Below, in pieces: positions 8,544-17,855 of a stretch of 64,000 nucleotides of DNA (position 1 is the stretch's first letter; every line of letters starts with the position of its first letter). The notes beneath the pieces are model-generated. The model ran no database searches, had not been told where the DNA came from, and saw only the letters and a list, made by a program, of their open reading frames with translations. This DNA comes from an uncultured Clostridia bacterium (GTDB lineage: Bacteria; Bacillota; Clostridia; Oscillospirales; CAG-382). Where the stretch lies: NCBI GenBank assembly GCA_947630765.1, contig CANRIX010000002.1, positions 103,387 to 167,386 on the forward strand, written 5' to 3'. The position numbers and the translations under genes are program-made.

Positions 8544-9530
8544 GTGGAGTATCTGCAGACAATCGTCCTGCCGATGGCGGGGTCGTTCCTCCTCAGCGCA
8601 CTGCTGCTGAAGCTGTTCATTCCGGTCCTGCGGAAGGTGAAACTCGGGCAGAAGATCCTCGAGATCGGCCCTTCGTGGCACCGCTGCAAGGAGGGGACGC
8701 CGGTCCTCGGCGGGCTGTTCTTCCTGCTTTCGACGCTCGTCGCGTTCGGCGTCTGGGCGCTGCTTTCCGGGCGTATGCCGGACGTGCGGCTGCTCCCCAT
8801 CGCCGTGCTCGCCCTGCTTTCCGGGCTTGTCGGGTTCATCGACGATTATATCAAGCTCTTCAAGAAGCGCAACAAGGGTCTGACCGCCAACCAGAAGCTG
8901 CTTCTGCAATTCTTCATTGCGGCGGTCTTTCTCGCCGTCCGCGCCTATTTCTGCGGCGGGGAGACCTCGGTACGCCTGTTCGGGCTGTTCGGGCAGGAGC
9001 GGGTGGAACTGCATTGGTTCTACTACCTGCTGATGCTCTTCGTCATCGTCTACGTCATCAACTGCGCCAACCTGACCGACGGCATCGACGGTCTGGCGGG
9101 CAGCGTGGCGACCATCCAGTGCGTGTTCTTCCTCTGCGTCGGGGTGCTCCTCGGCGATACGGAGCTCAATGCGCTCTGCGCCTCTCTCGCGGGCGGTCTG
9201 CTCGGTTTCCTTGTGTTCAATTTCCACCCGGCGAAGATCTTCATGGGGGACACGGGCTCGCTGTTCCTCGGCGGGTTCGTGACCGCCGTGGTGTTCGCGC
9301 TGGACGCGGAGCTGCTGCTGCTGCCGATCTGCTTCGTCTGGTTCTGCGAGGGCATTTCGGACGTCCTGCAGGTGTTCTGGTTCCGCGTGACCGGGAAGCG
9401 CCTGTTCAAAATGGCGCCGATCCATCACCATTTTGAGCTTTGCGGCTGGAGCGAGGTGCGAGTGGTGTTCGTCTTTTCGTTCATCAGCGCACTGTTCTGT
9501 GCGCTTTCCTACTGGATCATGGTTCGATAG
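8544..9530 (+). CDS. mraY: Phospho-N-acetylmuramoyl-pentapeptide transferase
   Basis: 328 aa, polytopic. Motifs NLTDGIDGLA and MGDTGSL. GTG start. Confidence 0.9.
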   Translation: MEYLQTIVLPMAGSFLLSALLLKLFIPVLRKVKLGQKILEIGPSWHRCKEGTPVLGGLFFLLSTLVAFGVWALLSGRMPDVRLLPIAVLALLSGLVGFIDDYIKLFKKRNKGLTANQKLLLQFFIAAVFLAVRAYFCGGETSVRLFGLFGQERVELHWFYYLLMLFVIVYVINCANLTDGIDGLAGSVATIQCVFFLCVGVLLGDTELNALCASLAGGLLGFLVFNFHPAKIFMGDTGSLFLGGFVTAVVFALDAELLLLPICFVWFCEGISDVLQVFWFRVTGKRLFKMAPIHHHFELCGWSEVRVVFVFSFISALFCALSYWIMVR

Positions 9531-9561
9531 TGCCGACTGCACGAAAAAGGGGGGGAGAAAC

Positions 9562-10776
9562 GTGGCTGCGTCCAAAGCGGCGGGAGAAGCCCGCGCAAAG
9601 CCGAAACCGAGGGTACAACCGAATACCATCACCCGCTTCCTCGGCGAGGTGGACCGCCCGTTCCTGCTCATCGTCGTGCTGCTGGTCTGCATCGGCTCGA
9701 TCGCCGTCTTTTCCTCGTCCTATGCGCACGCGGCGACCCGCTACGGCGACCCCTACGCACTCGCCCGTCCGCAGCTGCTCTACGTATTGCTCGGCATGGC
9801 GGCGATGGGCGCGATCGCGGTGTTCGGTCCGCTGGTGCTCGGCGTGCTCAACCAGGGCGCCCCGATCATCTATATCATCGCGCTCGGCATGAACGCCCTG
9901 ACGCCGATCATCGGGGATAACTACAACGGTGCGACCCGCTGGTTCTCCATCCTCGGCATCCAGTTCCAGCCGTCGGAATTCCTCAAATTCGCCCTCGTGC
10001 TGATCTGCGTGCGGCATATCGTGCGCAACCGCGACCGCCTGCATACGTTCCGCCACGGCTTTCTGCCGTTCGCGATTTACGGACTGCTCGCCGTCGCGAC
10101 GACGCTTCTGCAGAAGCACCTGTCCGCGTCGATCATCAACTGTCTGATCGTCTACGTCATGATGTGGTTCGGCGGGATCGGTGCGAAGCTGCTCGGCGTC
10201 ATCGGCGGATTAATCGCCGCCCTCGCGGCGTTCGTCATGACCGTCGGGAAGCAGCTCATCGAAGCCGTCGTCCCGCATGCGCTCGACCGGCTCAAGGTCT
10301 GGGACGACCCGTTTTCCTTCATGTCCGCCGACACCGGCGGCAAGGGCTGGCAGCCGGCGCAGTCGCTCTACGCCATCAGCTCCGGCGGATTCTGGGGACT
10401 TGGGCTCGGTCGGAGCAACCAGAAGCACGGATACCTGCCGGAACCGTATAACGATTACATTTTCGCCATCATCTGCGAGGAAACGGGCTTTTTCGGCGCC
10501 GTCCTCGTCATCGGGCTGTTCATTGCGCTCGCGTGGCGCGGATTCCACATCGCGAATCGGTCGCAGGACCAGTTTTCGTCGCTGCTGGTGATGGGCATCG
10601 TCGCCCACGTCATCATTCAGGTCGTGCTGAACATCGCCGTCGTGACGAACACCATCCCAAGCACCGGCATCAGCCTGCCGTTCTTCAGCTACGGCGGCAC
10701 GTCGCTGATCATTCTGCTGTGCGAGATGGGTCTGATCCTCGCGGTTTCGCGGTATTCGTATACGGAGAAGGGGTAA
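9562..10776 (+). CDS. ftsW: SEDS-family peptidoglycan polymerase FtsW/SpoVE
   Basis: SEDS pattern (QPSEF.K, SLPFFSYGGTS). Start trimmed to GTG 9562 after the G-rich SD. The track ORF overlaps the mraY 3-prime end. Confidence 0.85.
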   Translation: MAASKAAGEARAKPKPRVQPNTITRFLGEVDRPFLLIVVLLVCIGSIAVFSSSYAHAATRYGDPYALARPQLLYVLLGMAAMGAIAVFGPLVLGVLNQGAPIIYIIALGMNALTPIIGDNYNGATRWFSILGIQFQPSEFLKFALVLICVRHIVRNRDRLHTFRHGFLPFAIYGLLAVATTLLQKHLSASIINCLIVYVMMWFGGIGAKLLGVIGGLIAALAAFVMTVGKQLIEAVVPHALDRLKVWDDPFSFMSADTGGKGWQPAQSLYAISSGGFWGLGLGRSNQKHGYLPEPYNDYIFAIICEETGFFGAVLVIGLFIALAWRGFHIANRSQDQFSSLLVMGIVAHVIIQVVLNIAVVTNTIPSTGISLPFFSYGGTSLIILLCEMGLILAVSRYSYTEKG

Positions 10777-10784
10777 CATACGGC

Positions 10785-11918
10785 ATGAGAATCGTTTTCA
10801 CCGGCGGCGGCACGGGCGGTCACGTCAACCCCGCCTTGAATATCGCGTCGGCGGTTCGGGAGATCCGCCCGGACGCGGAGATCTCCTTTATCGGCACCAA
10901 GCGGGGCATCGAAAGCACGCTGGTCCCGAAAGCGGGGTACGCGATCGACTTCGTCGAGGTGCAGGGCTTTCGCCGCAGCTTCAGCTTCAAGGCGATCCGG
11001 CAGAACTGCCGTGCGGCGTACTACGCGGTCGAATCGGTCCACGCGGCAAAGAAGATCCTGCGGGAACGGAAGCCGGACGCGGTCGTAGGGACCGGCGGAT
11101 ACGTCAGCTGGCCGACCGTCCGTGCGGCGGCAAAGCTTGGCATTCCCTGCCTGATCCACGAGCAGAACACCTATCCCGGCGTGACCACCCGCCGGCTTGC
11201 GAAGGAAGCGTCGGTCATCTGCACCAGCTTCGAGGGGAGCGAGACCTATTTTACCCCTGCCGAACAGCGCAAGCTGATCCTGACCGGCAACCCGATCCAC
11301 GTCGACCGCATCACGCGTGAGGAGGCCCGCCGGAGGCTCGGACTGAGCGAGGAGGAGCCGTATCTGCTCTCCTTCGGCGGCAGTATGGGCGCGAAGCGGG
11401 TCAACGAGCTGTGCTTCGACCTGATGGAGCGCTTCAGCGTTCCGCGCGGGATCCGGCACGACCACGCGATCGGTCGGGTGGAGTTTTCGGCGTTTTCCGC
11501 CCTTGCGCGGCAGAACGGGTTGGATAAAAAGGCGAATCTCCAGCTTGCGGAGTATTTCTACGATATGCCCTACCGCCAGGCGGCGGCGGACGTGATCATC
11601 TGCCGCGCCGGCGCGATGACGCTCGCGGAACTGTCCGTGCGGGGCAAAGCGGCGATCTTTATCCCCAGCCCGCACGTCGCCGAGGACCACCAGTACAAGA
11701 ACGCCCGCCTGCTCGCGGACGCGGGGGCGGGAATGGTCTTCCGGGAGGAGGAACTGACCCCCGAACTTCTGTGCGACACGGTCGAGGAGCTTTTGCTCAA
11801 CCCGAACAAGCGCAGACGCATCGAGGAAAGCATCAAGAAATTCGCCATGCCGGATTCCGCCGATCGGATCGCCGCAGAGGTGGTCCAGTTGGCCGAACAG
11901 GGGACGGCGGCGCCGTAA
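10785..11918 (+). CDS. murG: UDP-GlcNAc:lipid I N-acetylglucosaminyltransferase
   Basis: MRIVFTGGGTGGHVNPAL N-terminus and HEQN motif. Start trimmed to ATG 10785. Confidence 0.9.
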   Translation: MRIVFTGGGTGGHVNPALNIASAVREIRPDAEISFIGTKRGIESTLVPKAGYAIDFVEVQGFRRSFSFKAIRQNCRAAYYAVESVHAAKKILRERKPDAVVGTGGYVSWPTVRAAAKLGIPCLIHEQNTYPGVTTRRLAKEASVICTSFEGSETYFTPAEQRKLILTGNPIHVDRITREEARRRLGLSEEEPYLLSFGGSMGAKRVNELCFDLMERFSVPRGIRHDHAIGRVEFSAFSALARQNGLDKKANLQLAEYFYDMPYRQAAADVIICRAGAMTLAELSVRGKAAIFIPSPHVAEDHQYKNARLLADAGAGMVFREEELTPELLCDTVEELLLNPNKRRRIEESIKKFAMPDSADRIAAEVVQLAEQGTAAP

Positions 11919-11953
11919 AGGCGCAAAAGGAAGTCGAAAAGGAGGGGTCGCCG

Positions 11954-12811
11954 ATGGCGGACCGCAGGCGGACGGACGGGCAAACGGAGGACGCATCCCG
12001 CGTGTCGCAGCGCTTTACCCGTGTGCGAAGCAACGTGTCCATGGAGGAGCTGCGGAGCAGACAGGACCAGAAGCGGCACCGCCGCGTCGTGTTTTACGTC
12101 CTGCTGCTGCTCGGGGCGACGGTCGTGTTCCTTTCGGTGTGCTTCTTCCTGTTCTTCCGCGTTTCGGAGATCCAACTGGTCGGGAACGAGATCTATTCCG
12201 AGGAGCAGATCCTCGCCGAACTGCCGTTTTCCGTCGGGGACAACCTGTTTTCCTTCCGCGCCGAAACCGTCGAGGGGGATCTGCGCAAGGCGCTTCCGTT
12301 TATTGGCGAAGTGAAGATCGAGCGCTCCCTGCCGTCGACGGTCGTCGTCGAGGTCAGCGAACGGCACATGGAGCTTTCCCTGACGGTCGGGGACGAGGCG
12401 TACCTGCTTTCGCGCGACCTGCAGGTGCTCGGACGGATCGGCGGGGGGGACATCACGGACGGCGTGTCGCGCCTGCAGACCGGCGCGGTCGAGCGGTGCA
12501 TCGTCGGCGAAAAGGTCAGCTTTCAGGATCAGCGGACCGCTGCGGACCTCGAGGAGCTTTGCCGCTGTCTGACCGAATGCGGGCTGTTCGACCGGGTCGA
12601 CGCCATCGATATGTCCAGCCGGTTCGACATCACGGTCGAATACGACGGGCGCTTCTCGGTGTACCTCGCGGACATCGAAAACATGGATATCAAGATCCGT
12701 TTCCTCGGACGCATTTTGGAACGGCTCTCGCCGACCGACCGGGGCAAAATCGAGCTGACCGGCTACCGCAGGGCAGCCGTTCGGCTGGAAAATACGCCCT
12801 CTGCCGGGTAA
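11954..12811 (+). CDS. ftsQ: FtsQ/DivIB-type cell-division protein (TM + POTRA)
   Basis: AGGAGGGG SD then ATG 11954. TM VVFYVLLLLGATVVFLSVCFFLFF followed by POTRA-like IQLVGNEIYSEEQILAEL. Confidence 0.7.
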   Translation: MADRRRTDGQTEDASRVSQRFTRVRSNVSMEELRSRQDQKRHRRVVFYVLLLLGATVVFLSVCFFLFFRVSEIQLVGNEIYSEEQILAELPFSVGDNLFSFRAETVEGDLRKALPFIGEVKIERSLPSTVVVEVSERHMELSLTVGDEAYLLSRDLQVLGRIGGGDITDGVSRLQTGAVERCIVGEKVSFQDQRTAADLEELCRCLTECGLFDRVDAIDMSSRFDITVEYDGRFSVYLADIENMDIKIRFLGRILERLSPTDRGKIELTGYRRAAVRLENTPSAG

Positions 12812-12857
12812 AATGTGAAAAAAAGAGGACTTTTTGCAAGAAAAATCAAAAAAACTC

Positions 12858-12886
12858 TTGCATTCTTGAAAAAAACAAGGTATTAT
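12858..12886 (+). promoter_or_regulatory. ftsZ-proximal promoter (TTGCAT-17-TATTAT)
   Basis: TTGCATtcttgaaaaaaacaaggTATTAT, 45 nt upstream of the ftsZ ATG. Confidence 0.45.
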
Positions 12887-12930
12887 AGTAAGTGGAAAAA
12901 AAGACACGAAAGTGTGCGGAGGGTCAAATT

Positions 12931-14025
12931 ATGTCCAGTACGAATCCAATCCCCAATGCCGTTGTGATCAAAGTCGTCGGCGTGGGCGGCGGCGGCGGAA
13001 ACGCCGTCAACCGAATGATCGCCTCTTTTGATTCTTCGGATGTTGAATTCATCAACATCAATACGGACGCGCAGGTGCTTCTGAAGTCCAGCGCTCCGAC
13101 GAAGATCGAGATCGGCGAAAAAATTACCAAAGGAAAAGGCGCCGGCAGCAATCCCGAAGTCGGCGAAAAGGCGGCGGAGGAATCCAGCGACCAGATCAAG
13201 GACTCGCTGAAGGGCGCGGATATGGTGTTCATCACCGCCGGTATGGGCGGCGGCACGGGCACCGGCGCGGCGCCGATCGTCGCGCGGCTCGCGAAGGAAA
13301 TGGGGATCCTCACCGTTGCGGTCGTCACCAAGCCCTTCCTGTTCGAGGGCGCGAAGCGCATGTCGCAGGCGGAGAGCGGGATCGCCAAGCTCACCGACAT
13401 CGTCGACAGCCTTATCGTGATCCCGAACGAGCGGCTCAAACTGCTTACGGATAAAAAGATCACCTTCCTCAACGCGTTTGCGGAAGCCGACGATATCCTG
13501 CTCAAGGGCGTTCGGAGCATCGTCGAGCTGATCACCGTCGACGGGTTCATCAACCTCGACTTTGCGGACATCTGCACGGTCATGGCGAACGCCGGACTTG
13601 CGCATATGGGCGTCGGCAACGCGAAGGGCAAGGACAAGGCCGAAATGGCGGCGAAGATGGCGATGTCCTCTCCGCTGCTGGAAACCAACATCAGCGGCGC
13701 GAAGGGCATCGTGATCAACATCACGGCGTCCCCGGATATCGGTCTGGACGAGATCAACGACGCCGTCGCGATGATCACCAGCGAAGCCCAGCCGGATGCG
13801 AACATCATCTTCGGTGCCGCGTTCGATACGACGCTGGAGGACGAAATGAAGATCACGCTGGTCGCGACCGGCTTTGAAGCGGACAAGAAGTCTGCCGACC
13901 GCCGCCGCACGATGGCCGCTGCGGAAAGCGCGAAAGCGCCGTCCGGCTCGGCACCGGAGGAATCCGCCGAGGACGCGGACATCAAGGACATCATCGATAT
14001 GCTCAATCGCGGTCGCCGTTCGTGA
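12931..14025 (+). CDS. ftsZ: Cell-division GTPase FtsZ
   Basis: [18 protein letters not shown] and [10 protein letters not shown] tubulin signature. ATG 12931 preferred over the upstream GTG. Confidence 0.95.
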   Translation: MSSTNPIPNAVVIKVVGVGGGGGNAVNRMIASFDSSDVEFININTDAQVLLKSSAPTKIEIGEKITKGKGAGSNPEVGEKAAEESSDQIKDSLKGADMVFITAGMGGGTGTGAAPIVARLAKEMGILTVAVVTKPFLFEGAKRMSQAESGIAKLTDIVDSLIVIPNERLKLLTDKKITFLNAFAEADDILLKGVRSIVELITVDGFINLDFADICTVMANAGLAHMGVGNAKGKDKAEMAAKMAMSSPLLETNISGAKGIVINITASPDIGLDEINDAVAMITSEAQPDANIIFGAAFDTTLEDEMKITLVATGFEADKKSADRRRTMAAAESAKAPSGSAPEESAEDADIKDIIDMLNRGRRS

Positions 14026-14043
14026 CGCGAACGCAAAAACACA

Positions 14044-14080
14044 AAAACCGCACGGGGTTCCCGTGCGGTTTTGCATCTTT
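14044..14080 (+). terminator. Intrinsic terminator after ftsZ
   Basis: AAAACCGCACGGG-gtt-CCCGTGCGGTTTT followed by a T-rich tail. Confidence 0.7.
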
Positions 14081-14236
14081 CCGTCGATCGGACGCGCGTC
14101 GCCGCAAAAGTGCCCTCGCTCAAAATATGACCGTAGGCGGTTTTCGTCGAGGAATGAGAGGAATACCGTGCTCCAAAGGTCAGAAGTGGGTGCACCTTGA
14201 AATTGAATGTGTGCAATTGTAAAGGGGTGAATCGGC

Positions 14237-14983
14237 GTGAAACCCATTTCGCAGGAACAGGCACGTGAAATCTTCCTGCAAAGCGACGCTAAATATATCT
14301 CGCAGGAGCAGTCGTATATTTTTTACGACCTTTTTTCCGGGTGTTTTGAATTGGATACCTACCTCTGCGACGAATGTCTGGTCGTGAAAAAAGAGTCGGA
14401 ATGGTTTATACACGCCCTATCCGAGAAGTCCGACCTCGTTTCCGCCGCGGGGCATGTGCAGGCGGTGCGAACCGATACGGATCGGGTGTTCGCGTTCTCT
14501 TACGGTGCGCCGCCCGGAGAATTGAACGGTCGGATCGGCTCCCATAAGTTTTTTCGCAAGGGCTTTTCGTATTTCGACCCGGATATTCGCAAGCTGACGC
14601 CAGCGGACAGGGAGCAGGTGGCATTCTGCTGCGCCGACGACCCCGCCGACAATCGCATCGGGCGGGAGATGGCGTCGGATTTTCTCCGCAGGTTTACCGA
14701 TAGTGCGGAGAACATGCTTGCTTTGGGTCTGTTTGACGGAGGAAAACTTGTCGGGTATGTACAGGGGGAGTTCTATACGGAATTGGAGATGACGACCTGC
14801 GACCTCTATGTCAACCGGCTGTACCGTCGAAAGGGGTATGCAAAGCGATTGCTTTCGGCGTTTTGCGCAACGCGGACGGAGGGCGTTTTCTGCTATAGCT
14901 GCGTCGCTTCAAATGCGGCGTCCGCCGCGACGGCGAAAGCTGTTGGGTTTCGTTATGCGGGTTCCTACCTCTGGATTGCGTAG
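14237..14983 (+). CDS. GNAT-family N-acetyltransferase
   Basis: C-terminal acetyl-CoA binding pattern LYVNRLYRRKGYAKRLL. GTG start. Confidence 0.65.
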   Translation: MKPISQEQAREIFLQSDAKYISQEQSYIFYDLFSGCFELDTYLCDECLVVKKESEWFIHALSEKSDLVSAAGHVQAVRTDTDRVFAFSYGAPPGELNGRIGSHKFFRKGFSYFDPDIRKLTPADREQVAFCCADDPADNRIGREMASDFLRRFTDSAENMLALGLFDGGKLVGYVQGEFYTELEMTTCDLYVNRLYRRKGYAKRLLSAFCATRTEGVFCYSCVASNAASAATAKAVGFRYAGSYLWIA

Positions 14984-15110
14984 TAGCATACGGAAGAATT
15001 TACGCCCTTTTTGCCCAAAACGGAAATTGTTTCGGGGCATTCAAGGGGCGTTTTTCAAAGGAATTGTGAAAGGTTTGGCGTGTCGCCGGGGACAGCATTT
15101 CTTTCGCCCG

Positions 15111-15551
15111 TTACGCGTTCTTTTCGCGCAGGGAGCCGGTTTTCTTGTCCCACACGCGCACGTCCGGCGGGATCGGGTAGGCGTCCCGACCGTCGAATAC
15201 GCTGCCCTCGAGCCGGACGGTCAGCAGGTCGTCCGTTTCTTCCGCGACCTTCCATTGCAGCACCGCGCCGCAGGGCGGCGTGCCGTTCGGGTTTGCCTTG
15301 GACTTGTCGAGCAGTTTCCCCCGGGCGAACGCGGCGAATCCGGCGGCTGCCCGCTCGTAGAACGGGTCGAGCGTCTCCTGTAACGGGACGCTCTTTTTGC
15401 GTTTGCCGGAAAGCAGGCGGGGGCGGGACGGTTTCTGCTCCGCGCAGGCGGGGTAGGCGATGTTCAGGACGACCAGCGCCCGTCCGTCGTCGCTTTTGAG
15501 CGTTTCGCGAATGGTTTTGCCGGTCAGCAGTTCGGTTTGTTCTGTAAGCAT
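15111..15551 (-). CDS. Hypothetical soluble protein (146 aa), last gene of the gerA-family operon
   Basis: ORF with normal codon and amino-acid composition, 57 nt downstream of the membrane gene. No family recognised. Confidence 0.45.
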   Translation of the reverse strand: MLTEQTELLTGKTIRETLKSDDGRALVVLNIAYPACAEQKPSRPRLLSGKRKKSVPLQETLDPFYERAAAGFAAFARGKLLDKSKANPNGTPPCGAVLQWKVAEETDDLLTVRLEGSVFDGRDAYPIPPDVRVWDKKTGSLREKNA

Positions 15552-15608
15552 GGAGGCACCCTTCCTTTCCGAAGCTATTCCTATGCGGGACAGGAAGGGA
15601 TTTATGCG

Positions 15609-16295
15609 TCAGACATGCTTCCCGAACAGGGCGCGCGCTTCCGCCGCGGCGCAGAGCGGACACGCGAACAGCAGAGCACCGCCCGCCCAGAACCGCCCGT
15701 CGAACAGCAGTACCGGCAGGGCGCAGACCGCCGCCGCGACGACGGCGAACAGCAGGGTGCGCAGGCGCGGGGGTTCGACCGTCCCGTCCTTTCCGGGCAT
15801 TCCGACCGACGGAAACAGCAGAGCGCCCGAAAGCGGGCAGAGAAGCGCCGCGCAGAGCGGAAAGAGCCGTCCCGCAAGCGTCCGCGACGGCGAAAGCACC
15901 GGCGCGAACGTCCCGAACAGGCAGAGCGCCCCGCACCCGACCGCGAGGAACGCGAGCGGCAGGGAAGCGCGGGGGAGCAGCTGATTCTTCCCGAGCGACA
16001 GGCAGACCAGCACGGCGACGAGAAGTCCGAAAAATCCGGGCGTGCGGTAGGGTCCGAGTTCCGGCAGCAGGGTCTGCAGGAGCGGAGAAAGCCGGAGGAC
16101 CAGCGAGAGCGCAGGCAGGAAGCCGAGCCAGCGGGGGAGGGTTTTCGGGTACAGCGGGACCGGGAAGCACAGGAACAGGCACAGCAGGGCGCAGCAGGCG
16201 TAGGCGTACACCCCGCCGAACGAGGCGCATAGCAGGGAGGAGTAGGTCAGCAGGAAGGCGCTGACGCCGGACATATTTTTCTGCGTCACACTCAA
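15609..16295 (-). CDS. Polytopic Leu/Ala/Cys-rich membrane protein, 4-nt overlap with the GerA-family gene
   Basis: 228 aa with about 6 hydrophobic segments. Start overlaps the gerA-family stop (16292-16295). Much shorter than a canonical GerAB permease. Confidence 0.45.
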   Translation of the reverse strand: MSVTQKNMSGVSAFLLTYSSLLCASFGGVYAYACCALLCLFLCFPVPLYPKTLPRWLGFLPALSLVLRLSPLLQTLLPELGPYRTPGFFGLLVAVLVCLSLGKNQLLPRASLPLAFLAVGCGALCLFGTFAPVLSPSRTLAGRLFPLCAALLCPLSGALLFPSVGMPGKDGTVEPPRLRTLLFAVVAAAVCALPVLLFDGRFWAGGALLFACPLCAAAEARALFGKHV

Positions 16296-17698
16296 AGCTC
16301 CTCCCTCCTTCCGAGCGTCTTTTTCGGGATCGCGAGCAGGAAATCCTCCAGCCCCCGCGGGTGGAGCGGCGAAAGCGGGGAGAGGTAGGGGGCGCCGAAG
16401 CTGTCCATCTGCGCGGTCAGGGCAATCAGCAGCACCAGCCCGAGCGCGATGCCCGGGAACCCGAACAGTTCGGCGGCGAACAGGAACAGGAACCGCAGCA
16501 GCACGGTCGCATACATATAGACCGGCACGATGAAGGCGCAGACGGCGGACAGCGCGACGGTCATGATGACCAGCGAGGACGCGAGCCCCGCCCCGACGGC
16601 GGCGTCGCCGAGGATGATGGACGCGACGATACCCACCGCGTCGCCGACCGTGCGCGGCATGCGCACGCCGACCTCCCGCACCAGTTCAAACACGGCGAGA
16701 CACGCCACGCACTCCCAGAACAGGTTCAGCGGCAGGTCCTTCCGCCCTTCGAGCAGCTGTTCCCGCAGTCCGCCGGGCATCAGGTCCGGGTGGAATTCCC
16801 CGACGGCGACGACGACGGCGGGCAGCAGCAGGGACAGCAGCATGGAAAAGAAGCGCAGAAAGCGCACGGCGGTGGCGTAGTACGGGGTCCGCAGGTAGTC
16901 CTCCGCCGATTGGATGCTTTCGGCGAACACATACGGGGCGGTCAGCACGAACGGCGAACCGTCCACGATGACGCCGACCCGTCCGGCGAGCAGTTTGGAG
17001 GCGGCTTTGTCCACCTTTTCGGTGCTTCCCATCTTCGGGAAGAGCGGCGAATGCCGCCCCTGCAGGAGCATTTCGAGGTTGCCGGAATCCATGACCGCCT
17101 CCGCACGCAGGGAAGCGATGCGGCGGGAGAGGGCGTCGACGAGCGCCGGGTCCGCCCGCCCTTCGAGGTAGGCGAGCGTGACGCGGGTGCGGGAGAGCTT
17201 GCCGACGGTCAGCGAAACGAATTTCAGCTTCCCGGTCCGCAGGAATTGCCGCAGCAGGGTCATGTTCTTTTCCATGTCCTCCAGAAATCCCAGCCGGGGG
17301 CCGCGCACGGTCACGTCGCTGTCCGGCTCCTCAACGCTCCGCGAAAGCCCCGCCTGTACGTTCGCGAGGCAGTAGGACGCGCCCTGCCCGCCGTCTGCCG
17401 CGAGGAACACGTCCCCTCGAAGCATCGCGTCATAGACCTCCGTCAGGCTTTGCGGCGTCCGAATCGCCCCGCACCGCAGGACCTCCCCGTAGTTGCCGCC
17501 GAAATCCCCCTGCCGCAGCACGGTCAGCAGCGGTCGCAGCACCAGCTCGCCCAGCGCCCCCCGCTCGCTCATGCCCTTGAAGCAGGCGATGGTCAGGCGG
17601 AACGACCCGACCTGCATTTGCCGCAGGGTCAGGTCGGCGCAGTCGGCGAATTCCGCCTGCAGGGCGGATACCGTTTCGTCGTACCCGGTCGTCAGCAT
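16292..17698 (-). CDS. Spore germination protein, GerA/GerKA (A-subunit) family
   Basis: 469 aa from ATG 17698, with an AGGAGGA SD upstream. Soluble N-domain plus a C-terminal multi-TM region typical of A subunits. The 563-aa track version runs over the divergent promoter. Confidence 0.8.
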   Translation of the reverse strand: MLTTGYDETVSALQAEFADCADLTLRQMQVGSFRLTIACFKGMSERGALGELVLRPLLTVLRQGDFGGNYGEVLRCGAIRTPQSLTEVYDAMLRGDVFLAADGGQGASYCLANVQAGLSRSVEEPDSDVTVRGPRLGFLEDMEKNMTLLRQFLRTGKLKFVSLTVGKLSRTRVTLAYLEGRADPALVDALSRRIASLRAEAVMDSGNLEMLLQGRHSPLFPKMGSTEKVDKAASKLLAGRVGVIVDGSPFVLTAPYVFAESIQSAEDYLRTPYYATAVRFLRFFSMLLSLLLPAVVVAVGEFHPDLMPGGLREQLLEGRKDLPLNLFWECVACLAVFELVREVGVRMPRTVGDAVGIVASIILGDAAVGAGLASSLVIMTVALSAVCAFIVPVYMYATVLLRFLFLFAAELFGFPGIALGLVLLIALTAQMDSFGAPYLSPLSPLHPRGLEDFLLAIPKKTLGRREEL

Positions 17699-17791
17699 CT
17701 TCGCTCCTCCTTTTTGCGTTTCCTTCCGTTTCGAGTATCGCCCGTCCGTCGGCGGTTCAACCGAAAAAAACGGCCAAACGCAAAAAAAGGC

Positions 17792-17820
17792 TTGACGGGG
17801 GACGGAAAATCGAATATAAT
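17792..17820 (+). promoter_or_regulatory. Promoter of the M23 peptidase operon (TTGACG-17-TATAAT)
   Basis: TTGACGggggacggaaaatcgaaTATAAT, 36 nt upstream of ATG 17856. Confidence 0.5.
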
Positions 17821-17855
17821 AGAAGGGGTACGGACGGAAGGGGAGGACGTTACAT

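Noticed and set aside
4627-8562. 1311-aa ORF on the minus strand, the longest in the track
   Set aside because: It lies antisense to rsmH, ftsL and the PBP gene, all of which have clear family motifs on the plus strand. Its Arg/Gly/Asp/Val-rich low-complexity composition is typical of stop-free antisense frames in GC-rich DNA.
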